Source: an uncultured Bacteroidales bacterium (GTDB taxonomy: Bacteria; Bacteroidota; Bacteroidia; Bacteroidales; GCA-2748055). From it: 64,000 nt of DNA. Where the stretch lies: assembly GCA_963764345.1 (NCBI GenBank), contig CAVXSF010000033.1, forward strand, positions 7,931-71,930, written 5' to 3'. Shown one piece after another: positions 10,445 to 20,338 of this stretch (positions are counted from its first letter, which is position 1; each line of letters starts with the position of its first letter). Under the pieces are notes generated by a model, which worked only from the letters and a program-made list of their open reading frames with translations, had not been told where the DNA came from and did no database searches. A program made the position numbers and the translations under genes.

Positions 10445-11515
10445 CTACCGTTTTATAAACTTAAGCGTTCTGTTTTCAACTCTGACAAAGTAGCACCCGG
10501 CATGCAGATCATCAATATTCAACGTAGTTTCTATACCGGTAGACTTGAAAGTCTTAATGATTCTTCCTGTAACGTCCATCAGGTTGATATCTGAAATTTT
10601 TCCGTTACTCAGGCCCCTGATCACGATCTGATCCCTGGCCGGGTTAGGATAGAGATTGATCCTTTCGGCAGCGGGAGTATTGATGCCGGTAACCACAGTA
10701 AAGGTAATGGTATAAGACTGGGTGGTGGTGCCGTCTTCGGCAGTAACAAGTACCGTGGCCGTTCTGGCGGATTCATCCCCATTCAGATCTGTAGCCTGGG
10801 TTATGTCAACTGTTGCGGAAGTATCATTTAAAACAGCGTCGACAGCCGGCACATCCGTAGTTCCCTGGGGAAGGTATACATCATAATGATAAACATCCGG
10901 ACTGAAATCGGCAACAGTTCCGCCCTCGATGGTCAGGTCTGAAAGCGTAGCGTCCGTACTCGGCACATTTACCATCACACTGGCATCATCAATATAAATC
11001 ACTTCTGAGCCGTCAAAATTTTCCTGGTCGTAAAATCTGAAGAACACATCAACGGTATCGGTCACAAAGCTGGTCCATTGCCAATTGAATTGCTGCCATT
11101 CATTTACAATGGTATTATCAGTATGGAGAGCGGCGCTGCTGGAGAAGGTATATGCTCCCGGCCCGAATCCGACTACCCATGCAAAATACACGTTGCCTTC
11201 AGTGTTATAAGACCAGACGGAGAAATCGTATGTAACACTGGAGTCGGCGATGAATACAAAATGTTCCCCAAAATCGGTATTCGCCTTATTCCCGGTTACG
11301 GTCACTGCTGCAGAATGAGTTCCTCCATGAACGATAGATGACTCCACCGCGACAGATATTCCGTCTTTTTTGATATCCCAGCCTGCCAATGTGTCGGCCA
11401 CCACGGTTTCCATATCCCCGTTAACGAGGAGATTTTGAGCAATGGTGTTCTTGTTGAAGCCAAAAGACAGAATCACCATTGTCAGTAAAATCCATTTTGT
11501 GTAATTTTTTTTCAT
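10445..11515 (-). CDS. T9SS-secreted protein: CBM4/9-like domain + cadherin-like beta-sandwich + type A CTD
   Basis: Signal peptide; NLLVNGDME...YIDDASV; DATLSDLT..TAEDG..TQSYTI; YPNPARD...YFVRV...KFIK. Confidence 0.75.
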   Translation of the reverse strand: MKKNYTKWILLTMVILSFGFNKNTIAQNLLVNGDMETVVADTLAGWDIKKDGISVAVESSIVHGGTHSAAVTVTGNKANTDFGEHFVFIADSSVTYDFSVWSYNTEGNVYFAWVVGFGPGAYTFSSSAALHTDNTIVNEWQQFNWQWTSFVTDTVDVFFRFYDQENFDGSEVIYIDDASVMVNVPSTDATLSDLTIEGGTVADFSPDVYHYDVYLPQGTTDVPAVDAVLNDTSATVDITQATDLNGDESARTATVLVTAEDGTTTQSYTITFTVVTGINTPAAERINLYPNPARDQIVIRGLSNGKISDINLMDVTGRIIKTFKSTGIETTLNIDDLHAGCYFVRVENRTLKFIKR

Positions 11516-11552
11516 GAGTGATGATTTTAAGTTGAATATTAACGATTTAAGT

Positions 11553-11584
11553 CAAAATTATGAATAATTACATATTTAAACAAA
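11553..11584 (-). promoter_or_regulatory. Bacteroidetes housekeeping promoter for the 11515 gene
   Basis: Minus strand TAATTTTG (11553-11560) fits TAnnTTTG; TTTG (11581-11584) lies 20 bp upstream. Confidence 0.6.
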
Positions 11585-11594
11585 CGTTTGCGCA
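11577..11594. promoter_or_regulatory. Candidate LacI operator
   Basis: TAAACAAACGTTTGCGCA, 15/18 to palindrome TGCACAAACGTTTGTGCA; overlaps the -33 element. Confidence 0.65.
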
Positions 11595-11655
11595 AATATG
11601 TTTAAAAATATTTCATTTCATCCTTTTTAGCCTGTAAAATAATGCTTTACCCAAA

Positions 11656-12864
11656 TCACATTGATATAATATACCTGGATTCTACAGACCCGTCTGAATA
11701 AATAATCCTGATCAGTTTTAAGCCTTTTCCCCCGAAGGGCAAATAAACCAAACCCGTTGCTGAGGTATGGTTTCCTGCTACGATTTTCTCTATCGTCCCT
11801 GAGACGGAGTAAATAATGACCCTATCTATCGCATTATCCGAGCTAATATTCAAATGACCGGAGCTCGGATTGGGATAAACAAGTGTCGCACCGGATTTGG
11901 AAGACGGGGAAGATTTGGTGGCATCCACGGGGTAGAATCCGATATCCGCAAGGAAGGATTTCATAAAAAAGAGGCAATAGATGAAATCGCGATGACCTGG
12001 TCCGCTTTTATTTTCGTTGTAATTCCCAAAACCGTGGCCCCTGCCGTCGAAGATAAATAGCCGGTCGTAGCCGTTCATTGCATGATAAGCCGAATCCCAT
12101 GCAATCATGCCTGTCAACGGAGCCAGCTTGTCAGCGGAGCCGCTCATGACCAGTGAAGGTATGTTCCGGCAAGATGAATCAACATGCTGAAGCGGTGACA
12201 ATGTAAGCCAATCGTCGCCCAGAAGATTATGCCCGTCGAGCCATCCTTCTTCTGACAGGTCAAATACAGGGTTTTGGAGGATCAACGCATCGGGAATCGA
12301 AGATATATCAAAATTTTCATTCGGATCTTCTACCCCTTTGATAAAGGCAGTTGATGCAGCCAGCTGCCCTCCGGCACTCATCCCCGCGGCAACGATACGG
12401 TTCGCGTCGATATTCAGCACTGCGGCATGTTGACGGATGTACCGTATGGCTGCTTTAGCATCCTGAACTTCATCATAGGGAGTAACGGCAGAAGAATCAT
12501 CAAATACCCGGTACTTTACAGCCATGGTAGTGAAGCCCAGACCGGAAAGATACCAGGCATATTGCTTATACTGATTCAGAGCCCTGGTCTGCCACCCCCC
12601 TCCATGAAAAAAAACGATACAGGAATGAGCATCACCAGCGGTTTTACTATCGAAAATACTAAGGGTCAGCTCAATCCAACCCAGATCCCGGTAGGTTACA
12701 ACCTTATCCCACCCGGGGACGTTATCTAAACCGGCCGGATTAAAAGAAGCGAAAAATGCTATCGCCTGTGGATCATTCGCAAATATAGAATCCGCATCAT
12801 ATCCCTGTGGAAATAATGGAAGGCTAATTTGCACCAACAGAATGTACAGACAAATTTTCATCAT
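11656..12864 (-). CDS. Alpha/beta hydrolase (carbohydrate esterase-like) with T9SS CTD
   Basis: FHGGGW, GMSAGG nucleophile elbow, D..GHGF; VYPNPSSG C-terminal domain. Confidence 0.82.
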   Translation of the reverse strand: MMKICLYILLVQISLPLFPQGYDADSIFANDPQAIAFFASFNPAGLDNVPGWDKVVTYRDLGWIELTLSIFDSKTAGDAHSCIVFFHGGGWQTRALNQYKQYAWYLSGLGFTTMAVKYRVFDDSSAVTPYDEVQDAKAAIRYIRQHAAVLNIDANRIVAAGMSAGGQLAASTAFIKGVEDPNENFDISSIPDALILQNPVFDLSEEGWLDGHNLLGDDWLTLSPLQHVDSSCRNIPSLVMSGSADKLAPLTGMIAWDSAYHAMNGYDRLFIFDGRGHGFGNYNENKSGPGHRDFIYCLFFMKSFLADIGFYPVDATKSSPSSKSGATLVYPNPSSGHLNISSDNAIDRVIIYSVSGTIEKIVAGNHTSATGLVYLPFGGKGLKLIRIIYSDGSVESRYIISM

Positions 12865-12942
12865 TTGTTCAGATATTTTATTCAGTCAGGGTTATCAATA
12901 CTGACCTGCATAAATGGGTTTCATGCAATCCACTGCAGGTTC

Positions 12943-14493
12943 CTAAAATTTAATTTCGTAAGGTTTGTCATCATAGATCACCGCATATTCCAGTTCAATA
13001 TGGGCGTAATCGGAAGGATTTAAAATTTTAATTACGACCTTATGTTTACCTCTTGGGAGCTGGTATTTCCAGAACGGGGTAAATCTCCTCTGATTGGTTG
13101 CAGTAGGAAGTTTAGCCTTCTCAACCAGTTTACCATCGATATACATTTCGGTATTAAACACGTAGTTCCTGGGACCGTAATCGGTTATATTCGGGGGGCC
13201 GGCAAGGGCAAAACCAATGCCTTCGAATTCGAAGCTGATCTGGTCCCTGGTTTGTACCGGGATAATCCGGGCTACCGGATAATGGCCTTCAAAGGATACT
13301 TCAAGGGGTACGGTTTTAGGTTTCTGAAACTGGATCACCACATTATCCTCATTCACTTTACCTCCGTTTCTGAGGATCATCTTCTCAGCATGTCTGAATG
13401 ACATATCGTATGCATCAGTCAGCGATATCTTTGTGCCCATGAATGGTATGTTTTCCACTTTATCCAGTCCCTGCGTCCAGAAAGCTGGAATTTTTTTAAA
13501 CCCTACAATGGCTGCCAGTACTCCTCCTGCTGACCCGGGATTACAGTCGGCGTCATCCCCGCAACGGGTAGCTATTTCGTAGGTCCGGGTAAAATCGCCG
13601 TGTCCGTACAGCAATCCCGTAACAACATGTGCAGCATTGATTTTGGCATCGATATCGAATGGTTCAAATACCCCTAAAGGCGAGCCTATGTCTGAGGCCC
13701 ATTTACGGTTAGTTTTGTACCAGTTTGTTTTCCAGTCGTCAGGGTTTTCATCGTACCACTTCAATACATCATTAATGCACCGGGCAAATTTACTTTCTGA
13801 AGGAATCGCCGACACTGCCTCCCTGATGATAGGCTCAATATCATCGATACTGCCGGATACCAGGGCAAGGGAATAGAGACCTGCCATGAATACCCCTCCG
13901 TAATATCCGTCACCATAATTCATGATGTGTCCGACTTTATCACATATCTGTAAGGCTGAATTTGTCATGCCCGGAGACATGATTCCCGCAAAGTCGGCTT
14001 CAATCTGGAAATCGATATCGTCGGCACATGGATTATTCAGCCAGTAACCCGATTCCGGGGGTTTTAGCCCGTTAAGGATATTATAACGGGCCGTCTGGTT
14101 GGCAAACCACAGTTTATAATCGGCTTGCGCAAACGATTCCGCAAACGTCATCGCTGGTGCATCGATGCCATGATCTTCAATGACCTGCATAAAGGTAAGG
14201 TCCATATATACATCATCATAGGTTCCCGGTCGCTCCCGGTATTCAACGGCCATGGATGAGTCATTCCAGGCCAGCTTATGATAGTCCCTGATCATGGTTG
14301 AATTGTACTTAAATTCCGAAGGAACGCCAAAGGTGACCCCAATGGTCTGTGCCGCCCAGGCACCTTTGATCTTATCTTTCAGTACATCTTTGGAAATGGT
14401 GATGGTATTGCCCGTTTTTGTCATCCCGTTGTTCTGGGCATAAGCGATACCTCCAAAGGCAATGATTGCAAATAAGAGAACCAAAGTTTTCAT
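12943..14493 (-). CDS. Exported ADP-ribosylglycohydrolase-family protein
   Basis: Signal peptide; DKIKGAWAAQTIGV, YDDVYMD, DDIDFQIE, CGDDADCNP motifs; extra C-terminal beta domain. Confidence 0.8.
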   Translation of the reverse strand: MKTLVLLFAIIAFGGIAYAQNNGMTKTGNTITISKDVLKDKIKGAWAAQTIGVTFGVPSEFKYNSTMIRDYHKLAWNDSSMAVEYRERPGTYDDVYMDLTFMQVIEDHGIDAPAMTFAESFAQADYKLWFANQTARYNILNGLKPPESGYWLNNPCADDIDFQIEADFAGIMSPGMTNSALQICDKVGHIMNYGDGYYGGVFMAGLYSLALVSGSIDDIEPIIREAVSAIPSESKFARCINDVLKWYDENPDDWKTNWYKTNRKWASDIGSPLGVFEPFDIDAKINAAHVVTGLLYGHGDFTRTYEIATRCGDDADCNPGSAGGVLAAIVGFKKIPAFWTQGLDKVENIPFMGTKISLTDAYDMSFRHAEKMILRNGGKVNEDNVVIQFQKPKTVPLEVSFEGHYPVARIIPVQTRDQISFEFEGIGFALAGPPNITDYGPRNYVFNTEMYIDGKLVEKAKLPTATNQRRFTPFWKYQLPRGKHKVVIKILNPSDYAHIELEYAVIYDDKPYEIKF

Positions 14494-14566
14494 AGCATGT
14501 CATTTTTTCAACACCGTCGGACTTTCCTGCAAAAGAGAACATATCTTCACAGTCAGCGTTCAGTGA

Positions 14567-17230
14567 TTATTGTTTAATAAATTTCATCGTATGATCCTCG
14601 TCGAGAACAAGAATATAAAGGCCGGGATTGAGTGAAGACACTACAATAGACGTCCCTTTTCCAGCCAATAATAGGTTTCCGGTAGCACTATAAACCATGT
14701 ATCGCGCTGAAGGTTTACTTCCGGTGATAAATAATATATCCGATACGGGGTTAGGATAAATCCCTATGATTTTCCCCGGGATGTTCACCGGCACATAAGT
14801 ATCGGGGTTTTCAGCCTCCGGCAAAAACACAGGTGTTTCAAGGTATTGTGTCTGCATCCCTGTCACGGTTAACCAGTCCGGGGGGCCGATCTGAACATCA
14901 TCGATGTACATCACGGCATTCAGGTTAAAGCCACGGAGTTTCAGTTGGTAATGACCTGACAAATCATGATCGATTGTTCTCGTAAAACTGTAGCCGGCCC
15001 AGTCGCGTGTAAGTGAAGCTTCACCGAACAGGAGGGTATCCAGGTTGTCGGCGTCCTGAATAAACGGGATCAGCCTTGCCCCGGAAATATTGGCTTTTGC
15101 CATGAACCGGATGGTCACCGTATTGCCAAGGCTCAAATGGAATTTCTCATTATCCTGAATAACGTATGATTCATCGCCACCAAGGTCTGTGACCACAGAT
15201 TTGAGTCCCGCGGAGCTATCCACACCGGTTTCGGGATCCAGCCTGACAATAAGGTTTGTATTTCCCGGTACCGCTACCCATCCTCCACTTTCCATATCTC
15301 CGTTCGTGATATAATTGGTATTGGTCAGCAATTGATGGTTGAACACGACACTGTCAAAAACGAAACCACTGAGGAATTCATCCGGGTCTTCTCCCTTGAT
15401 CTCATTCACGAAACTTGTGTTCATCGGCATTTGTACATTCCAGTTCTTCATCACCAGACCGTGAATGTGATCATGTGAATATGGATCGGGAGTGATCTTG
15501 AATACTTTGGGAATGGGATTTTCGGTCACGACATCCTCTATGAGCCAGTTTTCCTGGAGGTCTGATTTTCCGGGGCTTTTATAGTGATTTCCAACATCAC
15601 ACAACAAGGCGGAATTGAAGCCGGGCTTGTCCCATTCCGCATGAAGTACATCAATCCTGCTGAGCCTGACCCCCCTGGAGGTTGAGCCTCCGACAGCGCC
15701 GCCCCAGCTCATCTGAATAATACCCCCATTGTCAAGCTGCCAGACAACGATATCCGACCATGTTATCGAATCGCGGTAAACTTTTATGGCGTCATCATTG
15801 GCCCAGACGAAACATTTGGATACCGAAGAGCCTGCATATGCGGCAATCCCGTCACAGTTCCAGACCCAGCCTCCGACTACTTTGGTATAATTCACCGTAT
15901 TATGAGTACCAATCAGCCTGACCGCGAAATATTTCGGATCGGCAATAACCAGCCCTTCAAGTGTAATATTGTTACTTCCGTTAATAGCTTCCACACAATG
16001 GGACACCCTGTAGTTGAGCCGGGCAGAAGAAAGCACACCCCTGCCGAAGATCCTGACGCCGGGGTTTCCGTCCATGACCAGCGTGCCATATACCCAGGAT
16101 CCATCTTCAAAATAGACGTTCTTTATATGGAACGGGACGTGAAAAACACCAATGTCATGAATTCCCTTTTTAAAATAAATACCGGTGAAGGATGCAGGAA
16201 TATCAGACACATCTGCGGCAGTTGCCTCATTCAGAACCAGATAAGAAGGATCGGCCGTATCGGGAATATCCGTTTCAGGCGGATCGGCAAAAAGGAGGAG
16301 CCCATTTTTGTAGCCGTTTTCCCCAACCTCGACGGAATATTGAGCAGGTTCCCTGATAGTAAAAGTGATCAAATCCCCGTTCACAGTCGGAGTTACGCCA
16401 TACCTGGAAGGCAGGATCCTTACAGTCTGTCCGCTGACCGGCACTTTCCCTGTATCGGTAATCCGCACCTGGACCGTAACCGGATCATCGACCGTAAATT
16501 TGGCCCAGTTTATTGTCCTGCCTGCAAATATGCCCAACGGGGTTTGATCTTTTGTGGACATTCCCTGGTATCCCGGAGAATAAACCGGACAAGCATGCCT
16601 GAAAACATTGAGGCGCCGCAGGGAGTCATCCTGACCGATACTAACATCATAAATGTCGGACTGAGGAACTCCGCCATATTCATCAGGTCCAATCCTTACA
16701 TTATCGATCGAGATGGTTCCGGTGTTGTATCCTCTGAATTTGACTTTATAGTTATCGGATGATGCTGTGGATATTACTGCCGTGAAACTGTATTGTTTCC
16801 AGTCGGTGGAAAGATAAGCATCACCAAAATTCATCCATTCGAGGTTATCCGATTCCTGTATCCAGGGTTGCAGTCTCAGTCCTTCAACAGTACTCTTTGC
16901 CTGGAAACTGACGGAAATGAGGACATTCTGATCCAGGTGAAACACATCTTCACAACGGATAATATAATAGGTATCGCCTCCCATATCGTTAATTACGGAT
17001 ACCATGGCCGTACTGCCATCCATGCCCTGGCCGGCTTCAAAGGTACTGGCAAGATCGGTATTTCGCGGCACGTCCGCCCAACCTCCGTTCTCCATATCTC
17101 CCGAACTGATCAGGTCAGATGTCTGGGCCATCAAAGCCGTTCCCTGCATGATGACAAGGATGAGGTAAAGTAAAATTTTCACCATTCTGTTACTTGTTTT
17201 GTACTTCGTTAAAGCCGGTACGTCCGGCAT
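14567..17230 (-). CDS. GH49-like beta-helix glycoside hydrolase flanked by two CBM4/9-like modules, with T9SS CTD
   Basis: WNCDG...ANDDAIK...VWQLDNGGIIQMSWG resembles the GH49 catalytic region; GDMExGGW repeats at both ends; IYPNPVSD CTD. Start may be the second Met (MVKILL). Confidence 0.68.
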   Translation of the reverse strand: MPDVPALTKYKTSNRMVKILLYLILVIMQGTALMAQTSDLISSGDMENGGWADVPRNTDLASTFEAGQGMDGSTAMVSVINDMGGDTYYIIRCEDVFHLDQNVLISVSFQAKSTVEGLRLQPWIQESDNLEWMNFGDAYLSTDWKQYSFTAVISTASSDNYKVKFRGYNTGTISIDNVRIGPDEYGGVPQSDIYDVSIGQDDSLRRLNVFRHACPVYSPGYQGMSTKDQTPLGIFAGRTINWAKFTVDDPVTVQVRITDTGKVPVSGQTVRILPSRYGVTPTVNGDLITFTIREPAQYSVEVGENGYKNGLLLFADPPETDIPDTADPSYLVLNEATAADVSDIPASFTGIYFKKGIHDIGVFHVPFHIKNVYFEDGSWVYGTLVMDGNPGVRIFGRGVLSSARLNYRVSHCVEAINGSNNITLEGLVIADPKYFAVRLIGTHNTVNYTKVVGGWVWNCDGIAAYAGSSVSKCFVWANDDAIKVYRDSITWSDIVVWQLDNGGIIQMSWGGAVGGSTSRGVRLSRIDVLHAEWDKPGFNSALLCDVGNHYKSPGKSDLQENWLIEDVVTENPIPKVFKITPDPYSHDHIHGLVMKNWNVQMPMNTSFVNEIKGEDPDEFLSGFVFDSVVFNHQLLTNTNYITNGDMESGGWVAVPGNTNLIVRLDPETGVDSSAGLKSVVTDLGGDESYVIQDNEKFHLSLGNTVTIRFMAKANISGARLIPFIQDADNLDTLLFGEASLTRDWAGYSFTRTIDHDLSGHYQLKLRGFNLNAVMYIDDVQIGPPDWLTVTGMQTQYLETPVFLPEAENPDTYVPVNIPGKIIGIYPNPVSDILFITGSKPSARYMVYSATGNLLLAGKGTSIVVSSLNPGLYILVLDEDHTMKFIKQ

Positions 17231-17239
17231 CTCTCTGTT

Positions 17240-18220
17240 TTAAAATTCAACATGTCTGAAAACAAATTCCTGATCGGGGGTAGTTTTGTATTGCCGCAGA
17301 TAAGGTGACCAAGTTTTCACCGAGATAATGGAATCGGCTGTGTTAATAAAAACTTCTCTGAGAAAACCGTCACCCCCGTGTTCTGTACCCTGAACCCCGC
17401 ACTGGTAATTGGCCAGCATCTGGTAAACAGGGTTCCCGTGGATTCCAATACTGACCAATCTTCCCGTCCCGCTGTTTACCACATGACCACTGAAAACAAG
17501 AAGTACATCCGGATATTTGCCAACGAGTTTCTGCCACATCTGCTCCCCGTTATTCACGTCTCCCTTCAGGGTATCTTTTCCAATAGGATAGTCCTGCGGC
17601 AAGCCTGAGTGCCCGGGTTTAGAACCCATGCGTGAATTGTCAGAGTAAAGGTAGGCATGAGTATTGATGATCACTTTATATCCCGGGTGATTTTCAATAA
17701 CCTTACCGGCCCATTCAAGTACTTTTGTTCTCGGACCAAACTCAAGGGACAGGATGAGCCATTTATAGCCGCCGGCCTTAAAAGTATGCCAGGTATTATC
17801 CATTTTTCCCTTTTCAAAGACGCCCCCAAAGGTGGGTTGTTTGCTATACTTGCTATACGGAAGAAACTGGTTCATCAGGTCGGTATTTCTGGAATTTGTC
17901 CTGCCACTATCACCCATATCGTGATTTCCGTCAACGAAGGTAAAAGGGACTTTGCCATCCATCAGACTGAATGCCCCGGCCGCGATTTTCCATTCACCCG
18001 GCGTATTATGATCCGTGATGTCGCCCTGCTGGAGTACGAACGTAATATCCCCGGCATGGTCTGCGATCCATGAAGTCTGAGAACGGAAAATCTCCGGGTA
18101 ACGGTCTGTATAGCACTGTGTATCGGGAAGCAGGACAAGCATAAAAGTTTTATTCTTCCCGGAGCAGGAAGACAAGCTGCTTACAATCAATAGAAAGCAA
18201 AATTTCTGAAATGCCTTCAT
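17240..18220 (-). CDS. Calcineurin-like metallophosphoesterase lipoprotein
   Basis: LPDTQ, QQGDITD, GNHD, NTHAY, SGHV; lipobox LSSC. Confidence 0.85.
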   Translation of the reverse strand: MKAFQKFCFLLIVSSLSSCSGKNKTFMLVLLPDTQCYTDRYPEIFRSQTSWIADHAGDITFVLQQGDITDHNTPGEWKIAAGAFSLMDGKVPFTFVDGNHDMGDSGRTNSRNTDLMNQFLPYSKYSKQPTFGGVFEKGKMDNTWHTFKAGGYKWLILSLEFGPRTKVLEWAGKVIENHPGYKVIINTHAYLYSDNSRMGSKPGHSGLPQDYPIGKDTLKGDVNNGEQMWQKLVGKYPDVLLVFSGHVVNSGTGRLVSIGIHGNPVYQMLANYQCGVQGTEHGGDGFLREVFINTADSIISVKTWSPYLRQYKTTPDQEFVFRHVEF

Positions 18221-18247
18221 TTAGACAATTTTAAGGTATAGAGTATT

Positions 18248-20084
18248 TTATATTTCATAATGTTTTTCAAGATAGGAAATATCCTCCTTTTCATCATATA
18301 TCAGGAGACCTTCATCGCGGTGATGGGACTGAAAAGTTCTCAGATCGTCCAGTAGTTTAATCATCCTGTCTTCGGGTGCCTTTTCCGCTCTTGCCTCCTG
18401 GATTCTGAAGTCCAACTGAGCATACCTGAGCATCAGCATCAGGCCGGAGAAATTACCAGAAGCCTCAGGATCTGGCATCTGATTGTGCTTTTCGCAACTC
18501 TTCTTCCACAATCCCTGTTCTCTTTTCAGCCTCCTGAATCACGCTGGCCGGTTTAAGTGAAGAATTGCGGATATTGCCAAAAAAACGTACCGTTTGCTCC
18601 AGAAGGCTATAGGCTGTCCTGGCCTGCTCCCATCCCGTATCGTATCTTCCCCTGCAAAACACCGTGATCAGTGAATCGACATTTGTCCAGGGATCCCATT
18701 CCAGCTTTCCAAGTATAAAATGGTTCAATTCATAAGTGAACCAGTCTCCCGGCTCTGCATAGCATGAAATGCCCTGCAGGGGAAGTTTAGCATACCAGAT
18801 GAGATCTGCCTGCATATAATGCGGGATAATGTTTGGGAGTGATTTCCATGCGTACTTGCGATAGTATGTATAGATACCGATATCACCCCCGAACGTCTCC
18901 CTCCATCTCAGGATGGCAGCGGCATAGAGTCTGTTCTCTGCCGAAAGGGTATCAAAAATCTGTTTTTCAAAGTTTTGATTGATCGGGCAGATATCCACCA
19001 TGATGTCCCGGTTTAATGCAGCGGGTTCAAGGGTCTTTGCAAAGGCAATGGTTTCCAGCCTAACAGCAGATCTGCTTTCCGCAAGGGCTTTCCTTACCTT
19101 TTCCAGGAATGCGGCCTGCAATGCCGGCGGCGTTAAAGAATCTACTCTCTCAACAAGGCTCCAGCGGGCAACATCGGGAGGCCAGAGGTCAAAAATATCA
19201 ATTTCAGGATGGCTGCTAACATAAGACAGGAAATTATCATTGAAGAAACTTACAGCCTCAGGATTATCCGTATTGAATACCACATTCTCTGCTTCCGAAG
19301 GCCGGCCATTTTTATCTTTCCCGAACCAGCCGGGATGATCCTTGAAAATTTTTCCCCCGTTCATGCCGGCATTTAAAAAATTCTGGTAACCATGCTGTCC
19401 GACTTCTATAACGATCCCCCTTTTTTGTATTTCAGGTATGAGGCTTCTGTAATTATCCCACATCGTCCTTCCCTTATGGTGCATATTCATCGGCACCATG
19501 AGGGTATTCAGCCTGTTCTTGGCCATCCAGTCGATCATTTTATTCAAGGATGCAGTATCGGTGGTTTTTCCTTCAGCCACGTCCAGTTTCCGGTATGTAA
19601 AAACAGGATGCCTCCTGACGGATATATTTGCAGGAAAAGACAGGTTGGCAGCCCTGGGGATGATCTCGGCACGTCCGTCATAGAAATGAAAATCCGGAGC
19701 AAGCCAATGGCATCCGCACATTTCAAGAAAATCGTATACTGCATACAGGACAGACCGGTCAGAATTCCCGGCAAGGGTGATATTACGGGAACCGGAAATA
19801 ATGGAATAAGAATCTCCGGAGAGTGAACTGTCATATACAAGAGAAATGACAGGTCCCAAAATGTCTTTGATGTCAGTATTTAACTTAAATGTCGCTCCTG
19901 TAATCTGACCAAGGTATTTCGCAAGTTCATCTGCTGCAAAAATCTGTGATTCCGAACGAGGTGAATTCAGAACAATTGAAAATGGGGTTTTCCCGTTCCC
20001 GGCAAGCCGGATTTCTCCCCTGTCAAGGCTGCAAGCCTGAATGACCAGAAGACAGATAAAAATGATGAACGGCGTTATCCTCAT
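18248..20084 (-). CDS. DUF4838-domain lipoprotein (GH20-like N-domain), apparent 1-bp frameshift at ~18480
   Basis: FAADELAKYL.QITGA, LYAVYDFLE..GC.WL; frame ending AQSDARS* continues as MPDPEASGNF... in the next frame. Confidence 0.68.
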
Positions 20085-20338
20085 CTTGTGCTACATTTTT
20101 ACAAGCCGGCAATAATTTTTGCCTGTGCCTGACGATTTACTTACTGATGGATCCATGTTACGCCGGATAAATGAAATTTTTAACTTTACCCGGCTCTGCC
20201 TGCTTCTTCCAATCAACTCATACAGGCCTCTCCTTTCCTGTCATCTGTCCATCCTTCTTTTCGACGGTGATCGTCCCGGCCGAAAACCCCGGAAACTCCC
20301 ATCCATTGGATGGTTTTGGAACCACTGCCACACCCCTC

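Noticed and set aside
15902-16762. 286-aa plus-strand ORF
   Set aside because: Antisense shadow of the GH49-like gene, with no motifs.
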